Of a stretch of 64,000 nt of DNA, positions 41,170 to 51,894 are shown piece after piece; position 1 is the first letter of the stretch; every line of letters begins with the position of its first letter. Both the position numbers and the translations under genes were made by a program. Source of the DNA: an uncultured Acidobacteriota bacterium (GTDB lineage Bacteria; Acidobacteriota; UBA6911); the NCBI GenBank assembly GCA_963809485.1, contig CAWEJX010000015.1:170732-234731 (forward strand), in the 5' to 3' direction. Under the pieces are notes generated by a model that saw only the letters and a list, made by a program, of their open reading frames with translations, did not search any database and was not told the DNA's origin.

Positions 41170-42182
41170 GTGAGCACCGAGCACGAAGAGAATTTGTCAG
41201 GGACCTGGTTGTCGGAACCACCGGATTGGCTGTAGCAGGATTCATGGAGTTCCTGGGCGGCCGCAAAAACAAGGTACGAGCATTGCATCCACAGATTAAT
41301 TTACAGGCAAGGAAAAGGCGGGCCGGGATGCGCCGATTATATTGTCCGGATGAACGAAAAAGGACCTGAACGGGAGGAACACGAATTTTGCTTTTGGCTA
41401 CTACAGCAAATTGGGGGCTTGGGAAAATGGCAGAGCCGAAGCGCATATGCACCCCTATGATACATGCCTCGTTTTTGCGGGCCTTGAACCTGAGAGGATC
41501 CGGAATCTCTCGGGAGCGGAGATAGAGTTATCGCTCGGAAGGAAATATGAAAAGCACGTGATCGATATTCCTTCGATCGTATGCATTGCGCCAAAGACTT
41601 CCCGTACGGCCCGATCGAGACCCAAAAAGTCGAGAAGCCCTTTATACATTATTCCATCAGGGCTTGCTCGAAGATGCGCATCGACCGAATGTCCCCGTAA
41701 TCCCGGCGACGCCTCATCCAGCAACGAATACGCTCATCTGATCAAGAGATGTCCGCCAACTGGAATGCCGGAGCAGACAAAAATCAGCCCGGGAAATGCC
41801 GACTGGCTCTCATGCGCCGAAGAACAAGGATCTGGAAGGATTCATAGTCAACTTCACATGGGGATTCTACAGCGGGCTGGGCAACTGGCATAACATTCCG
41901 GGATTTGACCCGCACGTGCATGAAGGGGATGAATTTTTGGTTTATGTCGGTCTGGATGCCCGGAACCCGAACCGGCTGGGAGCAGTAGTCGAGCAGCATA
42001 TGGGCAAGGAGGAGGAAACTCATGTGGTCGATGCTCCCCTTGTCATCGTCTGTCCGGCGATGTTCACTCACGCCCCAATCATCACCAGGAAAGTGGATAG
42101 ACCGTATGGATTCTTTTTGATCCGCAGAGACACAGGAGAGTACTACAGCCCCAAAGAAAAAGCGCCACCAATACCCACCTAA
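41170..42182 (+). pseudogene. Fragmented gene for a Tat-signal, two-domain cupin-like protein
   Basis: RREFVRDLVVGTTGLAVAG twin-Arg signal; two similar modules (HPYDTCLVFAG..LSGAEIELSLG / PHVHEGDEFLVYVG..LGAVVEQHMG) in different frames. Confidence 0.5.
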
Positions 42183-42413
42183 CCTGACCTTTTCAAGGTT
42201 TCCGGGTTAAGCGCGTATCTAAATATGCCCGTTCAGGTTCCAGTTGCAGGTTTCAAGCATTTATACTGTAACCTACAACCGGAATCCGAAACCCTCAATG
42301 GAGGGCTGCAGGGGCTGCCTGCCGGCCGCCCCTGCAAAAGCCGGAAAATCCTTTTGAAGCTTTTTACCGGACGGGTCTGGAGACCCGTCCTCACCAGGTT
42401 TTAGGGATTCGGT

Positions 42414-43259
42414 TCACAGGCCGGTGCCCCAGGAAGGCTTTCGCTCTACGCCAAGGGCGCTGTCGATCTGGCGCGGGTTGAAGCCGGTCGGGAGGTCGCC
42501 GGTGCTGGCATAGCGGTACAACACCACGGTGAAGACACCCTTTACCGCCGTGGTGATCGCCGCAAGTATCAGCACATACCAGACCACCAGGATGATGGCC
42601 AGGGCGCGGTCGACTTTGAAAAGCAGTAGCCCCAACATAATCGCCGGTATGGTCAAGATTAAATTCAGCAGGCCGAAACCGAAATCCCCTACAATCTGTT
42701 CGCCCCAGCGCTTCCGGAACAGTTCCCCCGAACGCTGTATCGAATCATAGGTCGTCCGGTCTTCGAGTATGATCACCGGCACGATAAGGTACGTCATAAG
42801 AGTCCACCCAACCGCAAGCCCGCCGGCCAACAGTTTGCCGGCTATCCCTTTGCTCTTTTCCCTAATGGCTCCAAGAATCATGCCGACGGTCGCCGAGACG
42901 AAAGCCCAGGCGATTATTTTATCGATGTTATCGAAGGCGATGCGAAGACCGTCGCGCACCTTCGGATCGCCCCCCGAAAGCCTCATGTTCGCGCAGCCTA
43001 CCAGGGCGCTGTTGAAGAAAATGACGACGAAGAAATTCAGGAAATACCAGATGAACATTAGGGCATATATCTCCCAGCTGATGTTCTTCGGGTCCATGCC
43101 TTCGAAAATGCCGCTTTTGAAGAGCGGGAAGAAAAAGCCGATGGCTACCAGGATCGCGGAGATGGCGCTTATGACCGGGAACAACACTATTTCCGCGTCG
43201 GCGCAGAGGATGGTGAAGCTGGCTTTGTAGAGAGACCAGGTTTTGTCTAGGGTGCCCAT
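42414..43259 (-). CDS. DUF6159-like membrane protein
   Basis: Multi-TM; FFNSALVGCA, WTLMTYLIVPVII.E, SGELFRKRWGE, LYRYA motifs. Confidence 0.75.
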   Translation of the reverse strand: MGTLDKTWSLYKASFTILCADAEIVLFPVISAISAILVAIGFFFPLFKSGIFEGMDPKNISWEIYALMFIWYFLNFFVVIFFNSALVGCANMRLSGGDPKVRDGLRIAFDNIDKIIAWAFVSATVGMILGAIREKSKGIAGKLLAGGLAVGWTLMTYLIVPVIILEDRTTYDSIQRSGELFRKRWGEQIVGDFGFGLLNLILTIPAIMLGLLLFKVDRALAIILVVWYVLILAAITTAVKGVFTVVLYRYASTGDLPTGFNPRQIDSALGVERKPSWGTGL

Positions 43260-43895
43260 CTTGTTTTGGCCTCGGATCAGATGTTGAACGTTTCACGTTG
43301 AACGTTGAACGTTGAACGCGAAACATGGAATTCGATAAATGCAGGTGGTTGCGTTATTGATGATTTGCTCATGCATTAATCGGGATTCCGATCATAATTA
43401 TATCAAGGATCTTATCGGAATAATTGGGAAACCAATGACTGGAGTTTGCGGTAACTCACTGGATGGCGGGAGTAGTGAAACTGCCTAACAACAGCGGGTC
43501 ATTAGCACGGTCAATTAACCCAACCCTTTGGAAACGAGATGCCTTCGGCGTAGATAGCTGCGCAATGAAGCCGCCTACCTGAGCTTTGGGTCGCAACGCC
43601 TTCGGCGCTGAAATCTGCGCGTGGGAGATCGGATTGTTTTTAAACGACGCTTCATACTAAGCGGATATTTGGATATCCTATATGGGATATGTTTTCTGTT
43701 AAGCGTCCACAGAGGAATCGCAGCCCTTCAAAACCTGGCATCAATAAGAGTTAGGTCTTCCGTTGCCGTGCGAGGTTGACATCTAGGTGTCACTATTCGA
43801 CGCGCTTTTCCCTATATCCATGGCTCCCGGCATTAAAAAGACCGGGTTAAAATCATAGTGTCTCTACGCGGCGCAATTCTGTTTCGCGACAGATC

Positions 43896-44026
43896 TAGCA
43901 ATCGACTCAGGGCACCAGCAGAGCGTATTGCCTCCATCAAGGAAGATCGGGGATTAACTTGACGTATGGAGCGTACCCGCGAAGCCAGGCAATTATCACA
44001 TCAGAATCCAGCAGAATCGCCGCCAA
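43896..44026 (-). pseudogene. Truncated VapC/PIN toxin fragment
   Basis: MAAILLDSDVIIAWLRG PIN N-terminus overlapping the antitoxin 3' end; frameshifted, then ends at a CTGTCGCGAAAC element end. Confidence 0.65.
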
Positions 44027-44279
44027 TCCCAAACCTCCTCAACCGTTTCCCTTTGCGCAACTTGCGGATGATTGAATCGATGTCTTTAACGTCCTTCCTT
44101 TTGCCCCAAATCCCGCCGATCTGTCTGGCAAGCGATCCCTTATCCACCTCCTTGCCGGACATATATCTTTCCTGAACGCTCTCTCTAACCAGATCAGAAA
44201 CAGTTCTGCCTGTTTGTCGGCTTAAGGCTGAGAGCGTTCTGGCCATCTCGTCATCCAAATAAAGCTGTGTCCTTTTCAT
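44001..44279 (-). CDS. Ribbon-helix-helix (CopG/VapB-like) antitoxin
   Basis: MKRTQLYLDD...TVSDLVRESV RHH pattern; GIWGKRKD motif. Confidence 0.8.
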   Translation of the reverse strand: MKRTQLYLDDEMARTLSALSRQTGRTVSDLVRESVQERYMSGKEVDKGSLARQIGGIWGKRKDVKDIDSIIRKLRKGKRLRRFGIGGDSAGF

Positions 44280-44301
44280 ATGATGTATATTATACATCAT
44301 A
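44279..44301. promoter_or_regulatory. Perfect palindrome TATGATGTATA-T-TATACATCATA overlapping a -10 TATAAT; probable autoregulatory operator
   Basis: 11-bp arms; on the minus strand TATAAT lies 9 nt before the ATG. Confidence 0.7.
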
Positions 44302-44322
44302 AAAGTCTCAGATTGGTAGATT

Positions 44323-47300
44323 TCATTGAACCTGTTTTTTCCTCAGCCTGCGCGTAAGGTCGTCCAGTAATGTGTACATGACCGGGACGGCGATCAGGGT
44401 CAGCAGCGTTGACGTGATCAGGCCGCCGATGACGACGCGGGCCATGGGCGCCCTTATCTCCGATCCGGCCCCTATCTCAAAGGCCAGCGGCAGCATGCCG
44501 AAAATCATCGCCATCGTCGTCATCACAATCGGCCGGAACCTCGTTCGGCCCGCCTCGATCAACGCCGCGTTTCTCTCCTTTCCCTCGTGCCGCAGCCTCT
44601 TGGTATAATCGATCAGAAGAATCGCATTCTTCACCACCAGGCCCATCAGAAGTATCAGCCCGATCATCGACATCATGTTCAGCGTGTCGCGCGTCAGCAG
44701 CATCATGCCCGCCACCCCGATCAGCGAAAGAGGCAGCGAAAGCATGATCGCCAGCGGATGCGTGAAGCTGCCGAACTGCGAAGCCAGGATCAGGTAAATG
44801 AACACCACCGCCAGGATCAGCGCGTCGTAGATGTAGTCGAAACTCTCCGACATGTCCTCCGATTCGCCCGTGAATCGTATGCTGTATCCTGCGGGCACCG
44901 TCATGGCTTCCACCTTCTCCTTGAGCTCGTCCTCGACGTCGCCCATCGGCCGGCCGGCCGTGTTGGCAAAAATGCGCACTTCACGCGCCAAATCAAGGTG
45001 CCGTATCTGAGCCGAACTCGAGCCTCTCTGAAACCGCGCCACCTGGCCCATCGGGAATCAACATGTCCTTCCCCCCCGCATCCTTTTTCGTGCTCAGCAG
45101 GTCGATGTCCTCCAGCGTATCCACCGACTGGCGCTGACGGCTCGCCAGGCGCACCCGCACGTCATAGGCGTCGCCGTCCTCATCCTCGAACTGCGTCGCC
45201 ACCTCCCCGTTCAGCAGCGCCCGCATCGCCATGGCCAGCGACTCGAGATTGATGCCCAGGTCCGACGCCAGCTTGCGGTCGATGTGCACCAGTATCTCAG
45301 GCTTGTCCCTGTCCAGGCTGCGGTCGACATCCACGATGCCCGGGACTCCCCGCACCATCTCCATCACCTGGATCGAAATGCGGTCGATCTCCGCCATGTC
45401 CGGCCCCTGCACACTGATCTGAAGCGGCCGGGCATCCCCCATGTCCGGCACGTCCTCGATGCTGACGTTGGCGCGCCCATACGACGCCAGCTCGCTCCGC
45501 AGCCGGCTGCGCATCTCGTCGTCCGACATCTGCCGCTCCGCCTTGGGCTTGAGCTTTACATAAATGGCGCCCTCATTGAGCGCCGCCGTGGAGCCCGCGC
45601 CAATGGTGGTGAAGGTGTACTTCACATCCGGCCTGGCCGAAATCAGGCGCACGATGTCGTTGGATATAGTCTCGGTCTGCTCGATCGAGCTCCCCGGATT
45701 GGTCTTGAAGCTGACCTGGAATTCGCCCCGGTCGTAGGATGGGAAGAAATCCTGCCCCAGACTGTTGAACAGCCAAAGGCTTGCCCCGAAAAGCGCCAGG
45801 GAGAAGGCCATTACCAAAGCACGGTGGCGCAGCGCATACGCGATCGCCTTTTCATACAGGTCGCGCAGATCCAGGAAACGGTTATCAAAAGTTTCCAGCA
45901 CGCGAGCCAATCCGCGCCTTCGCATGTGGGTTTCGACGGCCGGATCATACCAGCGCGACGAAAGCATCGGGTCCAGCGTGAATGAAACAAACAGCGAAAC
46001 CAGGACCGCAAAGGCTACCGTGATGCCGAATTCAAAAAAGAAGCGCCCGACGATTCCCTTCATGAAGGCGATGGGCACAAATACCGCCATGATCGAAAAA
46101 GTCGTCGCCATCACCGCCAGCCCGATCTCCGACGTGCCGAAGCGCGCCGCCTCCATGTGGCTTTTGCCGAACTGCATGTGCCGGACGATGTTCTCCCGCA
46201 CCACAATCGCGTCGTCGATCAGCAGGCCGACCGAAAGCGACAGCCCCATGAGCGTCAGGATGTTCAGCGAAAAGCCCATGATCTTCATGATGATGAAGGC
46301 CGAAATGATCGATACCGGCAGCGTCAGTCCCGTGATCACCGTGCTGCGCCAGCTGTTGAGAAACAGGAAAACGATGAATACCGTGAAGAGCGCGCCCAGC
46401 ACCAGCGTTACCTGAACATCCTCGACCGAGTCGCGGATGAACTCCGAGGAATCCCGGACGACATCCAGGCGCGCCTGGCCCGGCAGTTCCCGGTTCAGGA
46501 CCGGCAGCTGGGCCTTGACGGCTTCTGCCACGTCGACCGTGTTGCTGCCCGACTGCTTGCGCACCTCCAGCGCCAGGCTTCTCTGCCCGTTGATCAGCGC
46601 CAGCGTGCGCTGTTCTTCGTATCCGTCCGCCACCCTCGCGACCTCGCTCAGGTAGACGGGAACGCCGCGAATTGTTTTTACGATGAGATTCTGAAACAGG
46701 TTCGGGTCGTCAACCTTCCCTTCCACGCGCACCAGTTCCTCGACGGCGCCGCTCTGGACCTTGCCGGCCGGGACCTCGATGTTTTCGCGCCGGAGAGCCA
46801 TGACCACATCGGTAACCGTAAGCCCGTAGGCCTTCATGCGCTCAGGATTCAAAAAGATCTGAATTTCGCGCCGCTGCCCGCCGACGATCTTGAGCGAGCC
46901 GACACCTTCGATGTTCTCGAGGCGCTTTTTGATGACCTTCTCAGACAGCGTAGTGAGGTCCTTCGGAGAGAGCTTCGGGGAAGATACCGAAAGCGAAACG
47001 ATGGGCATGTCGGCCGGATCCATGCGCTCGATGACGGGCTCCTCGACGCCGGTGGGGAAATCCCGCCGAAGGGCGCTGACTTTGCTCCGCACGTCCTGCG
47101 CGGCCGTGTGCACGTCGACTTCCGAGCTCGAACTCGGCGACCACCATCGACATGCCCTCGGTGCTGACCGAGGTAATGGTTTTGACGCCCTCGATGGGAT
47201 TGATCGCCTCCTCGATGCGCTTGGTGACTTCCGTCTCCACCGTCTCCGGAGCGACGCCGGGATAGACGGTCTGGACCGTCACCACCGGGAAATCGATGTC

Positions 47301-47414
47301 CGGGAAGAGATCGATGGAAAGCTCCTTGTAGGAGAAGATCCCAAGCACCACCAGCGCGACCATCATCATGGCCGCGAACACCGGCTGCTTGACCGACAGA
47401 TCCGATAAAATCAT
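44323..47414 (-). CDS. RND efflux permease (AcrB/SwrC-like), frameshifts near 47115 and 45052
   Basis: IDLFPDIDFPVVTV, GLLIDDAIVVREN, KNAILLID and RFRPIVMT motifs across three frames. Confidence 0.88.
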
Positions 47415-47432
47415 GCTTTTGCTCTCTTCTTA

Positions 47433-47523
47433 TTTTCGTGAGGACGGCTCTCCAGAGCGTCCGATGGGCGAATGGCTGGTTTGCGCTCAGTCGGACCGGT
47501 CTGGAGACCGGTCCTCACGAAAT
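47433..47523. repeat. REP-like doublet (GGACNGGTCTGGAGACCNGTCCTCAC family)
   Basis: Inverted pair; single copies near 33881, 37372 and 42369, degenerate copy near 3972. Confidence 0.65.
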
Positions 47524-47595
47524 TAACAAAATACTCGAAAATAGCCTGCTTTGTTTTCTGCAATTCGTGTATTTCGTGTTTTTCGTGGTTGAGCT

Positions 47596-48750
47596 TTATT
47601 TTGATGCCTGGACGGAAGTGCCCTCTTTCAGGGACGGGCCGATTTCCGTTATTACGATGTCGCCCTCGGCGAGGCCCTTCCGGACCCAAACGCGCTGCTG
47701 CTGGCTGCCGCCAATCTCGATATCCGCGCGCTGAGCCTTCCCTTCCTTCACGATAAACACGCCGGCCTGCGCAGACCCCTCTTCCTCCGGGATCAGAGCA
47801 TCCCTCGGTATCACGAGCGCCCCATTCTCGCGCCCTGTGACAATCTCCCCGCGCGCGTACATCCCGCTGCGCAGCTCCCCGCCGGGATTGGAAATCCTCA
47901 GCTTGAACCGCGCCGACCTGTTGTCGGACTCAATCGCCGGATTGATCGCCGAAACCGTTCCTTCAAACCGCCGCTCCCCCCAGGTCGGCGTCGTGAACGT
48001 CGCACGCTGCCCGATGCGTATCGGCGCCAGCTGATACGAGGGAATGTCGCATTCCAGCTCCAGGCGGCTGTTGTCCACCAGCATACAGATGGAGACGCCG
48101 GGAACCAGCAGCGATCCTTTGTCGAAAAACTTTTTCTGAACGTGCCCCTGGGCCGGAGCATAAATCTTGCAGTCCTTCATCGCTTTTTCGGCAACCGCGA
48201 GAGCCGCCCTGGCCTGCACACATTGCGCTTCGGCCAGGCGGACCTGCGAATCGGCCTCCTTCACGCCCGTCGTGGCAGCGTCGTGGTCCTTTTGCGTAAT
48301 TCCGCCGGTGCGCAGCAGGTTGTCCGCCCTCTCCTTTTCCGTCTTCACATGCTCGGCCGACACCTTGGCCCGGTCGAGCCCCGCTTCCGCAACCTTCAAC
48401 GCCGCGTCAGCCTGGTCGTAAGCCAGGCGATAATTGACCGGATCAATCTCGGCCATGAGCTGGTCCTTACGTACCAGGTCGCCTTCCTCGAAATAGACCG
48501 CGATCAGCCGGCCGCCCACTTCCGGCTTCACATCGACCGTCGACAGCGTGCGCAGGCTCCCGGATATCGTTACCGTCGCGATCCATTCCTGGCGCTCCAC
48601 GGGCACGGTTTTGACCACAAGAACCGCGGCAGCACCACCGGCCGACGAACCGGCCTCCTCGGCCTTGTTGCTTGCGCCGCAGCGCCACTGGCTGCCTGCA
48701 ACCAACACAAGCGCCAGGGGCAGGAGAATTTTGAGGAATTTGCCGTTCAC
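47596..48750 (-). CDS. RND membrane fusion (periplasmic adaptor) protein
   Basis: VKPEVGGRL..V.FEEGD.V, IYAPAQG, LRSGMYA motifs. Confidence 0.9.
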   Translation of the reverse strand: MNGKFLKILLPLALVLVAGSQWRCGASNKAEEAGSSAGGAAAVLVVKTVPVERQEWIATVTISGSLRTLSTVDVKPEVGGRLIAVYFEEGDLVRKDQLMAEIDPVNYRLAYDQADAALKVAEAGLDRAKVSAEHVKTEKERADNLLRTGGITQKDHDAATTGVKEADSQVRLAEAQCVQARAALAVAEKAMKDCKIYAPAQGHVQKKFFDKGSLLVPGVSICMLVDNSRLELECDIPSYQLAPIRIGQRATFTTPTWGERRFEGTVSAINPAIESDNRSARFKLRISNPGGELRSGMYARGEIVTGRENGALVIPRDALIPEEEGSAQAGVFIVKEGKAQRADIEIGGSQQQRVWVRKGLAEGDIVITEIGPSLKEGTSVQASK

Positions 48751-50093
48751 TAATTCACCTCCCTGTCCAGGATCGGACTGCCCGACGCCAGGCGCAAACG
48801 GGCTTTCGCTATCTCATAATCATAGGTAGCGCTGACCTGCGAGCTCCTCGCTATTGTCAGCGCCGTCTGCGAATCGGTCACGTCCAGGGTCGTCGCGGCG
48901 CCGTACTGGTAATTCGCCTGCATCATTTCGAGCACCTTCTCGGCCTGGGTCACGCTCAGTTTCGCGGCCGCAATCGCTTTGGCCGCGGATTGCATGTCGT
49001 CGTAAGCCTGCTTGACGTCCAGCCGGACGTTCATTTCCAGCAGCTTCAATCTCTGCTGCGCAGCCCGCAATCGCGCCGCCGCCTGGGCCACTTGCCCCTT
49101 TTTCCGGCCACTGTCTATGAACGGAAGCTTAAAGTTAAACGTTAAGTTCCAGCGGGAATAATCGCTGTCAAAAAAGTTTTTCGGTTCCCGCACGTTATAC
49201 CCATAGAACGCGTCCAGGTCCACGCTCAGCTTTTTCTCGGCGTTGGCCAGCGACAGCATCAGACGCGCCTGGCTCACCAGCATGCGGGCCGCCTGAATTT
49301 CCGCCCGCTGATCCAGCGTTCTTTTCTGAATCTCTTCCAGGCTGTCCATCGGCGAGGGCCTATACTCCAGTGTGCCGACGATCTCGGTGGGGGCTTCCAG
49401 ATCCTCGACGATCAGGTTGTTGAGCGCCGCCCGAGCCAGGCGTATGCGGTTTTCGGCACGGATCAGTACAGGTTCCAGGTTCGCCACATCCACTTCCGAT
49501 CTCAGGACGTCGATCTGTGTGGCTACCCCGCTGTCGAAGCGGGCGCGCGCCTGTTCCAGGTGTTTGACGCGCTGCTGCTGATTTTCGAGCACAACTTCCT
49601 TGTTGGCTTGCGCCAAAAGGATGTCGTTGAAGGCCTGGAGGACCCGGAAAATAACCTGCTGCCGGACCTCTTCCCTGGAAGCTTCTTTCTCCGAGAGGCT
49701 TTCTTCGGCCAGCCGGATAGCGGTGCGGACCTTGCCGGCCGTATACACGGGCTGCTTGAGGTTCACACCGATTTCAAACAGGTTGCTGGGGCTCGGCACC
49801 AGGGCATTGCGGAATTCCTCCGGCACTTTGTCAAAACTCGAACTGTTGAGGATCATGGGATCGCGCGACCTCAATCCGTAGCCCTGGAATGCAACCTGCG
49901 GGTACGCGCTCGAGCGCACTTCGGTTATTTTTCCCTTGAGCTCGTCCAGCTCGTCCTGGGAGACCAGGATTGAGGGATTGCGCTGAAGCGCCAGACGGAC
50001 GGCGTCTTCCAATGTCAAAGGCGCTTTCTGAGCCCAGCCGGCGGTGGAGCTCAGGGCAGCGGCCAAAAGTAAAATCAGGATTCGTTGCATCAT
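48750..50093 (-). CDS. TolC family outer-membrane efflux protein
   Basis: Signal peptide, LTLEDAVRLALQRNP, ARFDSGVATQIDV, YQYGAATTLDV motifs. Confidence 0.9.
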   Translation of the reverse strand: MMQRILILLLAAALSSTAGWAQKAPLTLEDAVRLALQRNPSILVSQDELDELKGKITEVRSSAYPQVAFQGYGLRSRDPMILNSSSFDKVPEEFRNALVPSPSNLFEIGVNLKQPVYTAGKVRTAIRLAEESLSEKEASREEVRQQVIFRVLQAFNDILLAQANKEVVLENQQQRVKHLEQARARFDSGVATQIDVLRSEVDVANLEPVLIRAENRIRLARAALNNLIVEDLEAPTEIVGTLEYRPSPMDSLEEIQKRTLDQRAEIQAARMLVSQARLMLSLANAEKKLSVDLDAFYGYNVREPKNFFDSDYSRWNLTFNFKLPFIDSGRKKGQVAQAAARLRAAQQRLKLLEMNVRLDVKQAYDDMQSAAKAIAAAKLSVTQAEKVLEMMQANYQYGAATTLDVTDSQTALTIARSSQVSATYDYEIAKARLRLASGSPILDREVN

Positions 50094-50704
50094 TTTCGGC
50101 CTCCCCGGGCTATACCGGCCGGTATAGCATTTTCAGCCATCCGCGGAGCCGGCAAAAGCAGGTCGACAAGTTTTTCGGCGCTTCGGCGTGTCAGCGTACG
50201 GCGCCCTGTAAAGAGGTACTCCAGGATCTGGATGAGCATCATCCCCATCATGGCCGATGCGCTCATTTCCGGATCTTTGGCGCGCCGGCTTTTCCCCGAA
50301 TCCTCCGCGATCAGGCCCGCGATGGTCTTTCGCTCGAGCTTGAACTCCTCGATAAAGTTGAAATAGGGATATTCCCCCTCGGGCGAAAACATCATCCGGA
50401 ACAGAAACCGCACGCTGCTGGGATCCTTGCGGCTGTTGGCGTATTCCCTGAATATGTAGGAGACCAGGCGCTGCCTCAGGGAACCGCGCGAATTCGACAG
50501 GCGCAGCAGGTTCTTCCTCGACTGGTTGAAAAGATCGATCATCAGTTCGTGGTACAGGTGCTCCTTGCTGCGGAAGTGGTAATAAAGCACCGGCTTGGTT
50601 ACGCCGGCCGCCTCGCAGATCTCGCGGATGGAGCAGGCCGCGTAGCCCTTCCGGGCGAAAAGCTCGATAGCTACGTCCAATATTTTGTTTCGTGCACGTT
50701 TCAT
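50090..50704 (-). CDS. TetR/AcrR family regulator
   Basis: ILDVAIELFARKGY...AAGVTKPVLYYHFRSKE HTH. Confidence 0.92.
   Translation of the reverse strand: MKRARNKILDVAIELFARKGYAACSIREICEAAGVTKPVLYYHFRSKEHLYHELMIDLFNQSRKNLLRLSNSRGSLRQRLVSYIFREYANSRKDPSSVRFLFRMMFSPEGEYPYFNFIEEFKLERKTIAGLIAEDSGKSRRAKDPEMSASAMMGMMLIQILEYLFTGRRTLTRRSAEKLVDLLLPAPRMAENAIPAGIARGGRK
50109..50128. promoter_or_regulatory. Palindrome GCTATACCGGCCGGTATAGC, candidate second TetR operator
   Basis: Perfect 20-bp palindrome with the same arms as 50717-50734, just upstream of the tolC RBS. Confidence 0.6.
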
Positions 50705-50716
50705 GATCCGGAAATA

Positions 50717-50734
50717 CTATACCGATCGGTATAG
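50717..50734. promoter_or_regulatory. Palindrome CTATACCGATCGGTATAG, candidate TetR operator
   Basis: Perfect 18-bp palindrome 12 bp upstream of the tetR ATG. Confidence 0.72.
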
Positions 50735-50850
50735 ATATTCAAGATTCGATAATTTTAACGCTGACGTACGCCGATAAACGCTGACGTACGCTGAAAAATT
50801 ATAAATAAATATTATTTTCGTAGCATTTTATGTTGATTGGGTGAGGACGG

Positions 50851-51849
50851 TTATTCATCTTTCAGCGAGCGGTCCATGAGTTGGCGGATGGCTTCCTGCG
50901 GCGAGACGCGGCCGTCCAGAATGCGCTGGACCTGATGAGTGATGGGTATTTCAACGCCTTTCTGCCGGGCGAGCTCCACCGTGGCGCCCGTAGTCCTTAC
51001 TCCCTCTGCTACGGTCTTCGTCGATCCAAGGATGTCCTCGAGCTTGCGTCCCTTACCCAATTCGAATCCCACACTGCGGTTGCGGCTCAGGTGCCCGGTG
51101 CAGGTGAGAACAAGGTCTCCCATCCCGGCCAATCCGGCGAGCGTCTCGCCCCGCGCGCCGCAGGCGCAGGCCAGCCGCGTCATCTCGGCCAGACCGCGGG
51201 TGATCAGCGCGGCCTTGGGATTATGGCCCAAGCCCAATCCCTCGATGACGCCGGCGGCGATCGCGATGACGTTTTTGACCGCGCCACCCATCTCCACGCC
51301 AATTACATCCGCAGAGGTATACAGGCGCAATGCGGACGACGAAAATTCCTGCTGCACGCTGCGGGCGGCATCAGCATCCGCGGAAGCCACCACTACGGCA
51401 GCCGGATCTCCGCGCGCCACTTCCTGCGCAAAGCTCGGCCCCGAAAGCACGGCGAGGCGCGGGGCAAACCGCGGCGCCACGACGCTCCCTATCACTTCGC
51501 TCATGCGCATCAGCCGCTCGGCGTCGAGCCCTTTGGTAGCGCTCACCAGAATCATTTCCGGCTTCAAAAAAGGCAGCATCTGCTCGTACAACTGCCTGCA
51601 GGCATGCGACGGCATCACGGACAGGACAAAACGGGCCTGATCGAGCACTTGTTCCAAATCGTTTGTGGGAATTATGCCTTCGGGCAGACTGACCCCGGGA
51701 AGAAACAGCCTGTTTTCGCGGTGCTTCTCGATGCTTTCGACAACTTCCGCCTCGTAGGCCCACAGCCGGACGGCGTGGCCCAGGCGGGAAAGCGTCAGGG
51801 CAAGGGCCGTCCCCCAGCTCCCTGCCCCGATGATGGCAATATTGGACAT
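50851..51849 (-). CDS. gpsA: NAD(P)H-dependent glycerol-3-phosphate dehydrogenase
   Basis: GAGSWGTALA, SGPSFA, GGAVKNVIAIAAG, GLAGMGDLVLTCTG.LSRNR motifs. Confidence 0.96.
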   Translation of the reverse strand: MSNIAIIGAGSWGTALALTLSRLGHAVRLWAYEAEVVESIEKHRENRLFLPGVSLPEGIIPTNDLEQVLDQARFVLSVMPSHACRQLYEQMLPFLKPEMILVSATKGLDAERLMRMSEVIGSVVAPRFAPRLAVLSGPSFAQEVARGDPAAVVVASADADAARSVQQEFSSSALRLYTSADVIGVEMGGAVKNVIAIAAGVIEGLGLGHNPKAALITRGLAEMTRLACACGARGETLAGLAGMGDLVLTCTGHLSRNRSVGFELGKGRKLEDILGSTKTVAEGVRTTGATVELARQKGVEIPITHQVQRILDGRVSPQEAIRQLMDRSLKDE

Positions 51850-51894
51850 GTTTGGAAATGGGCTGCGGGCGGCCTTCCGGCCGCCCCTGCAGCT

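Noticed and set aside
43483-43756. Integron attC site (GCCTAAC ... GTTAGG)
   Set aside because: The ends are about 270 bp apart with no internal pairing, cassette ORF or integrase
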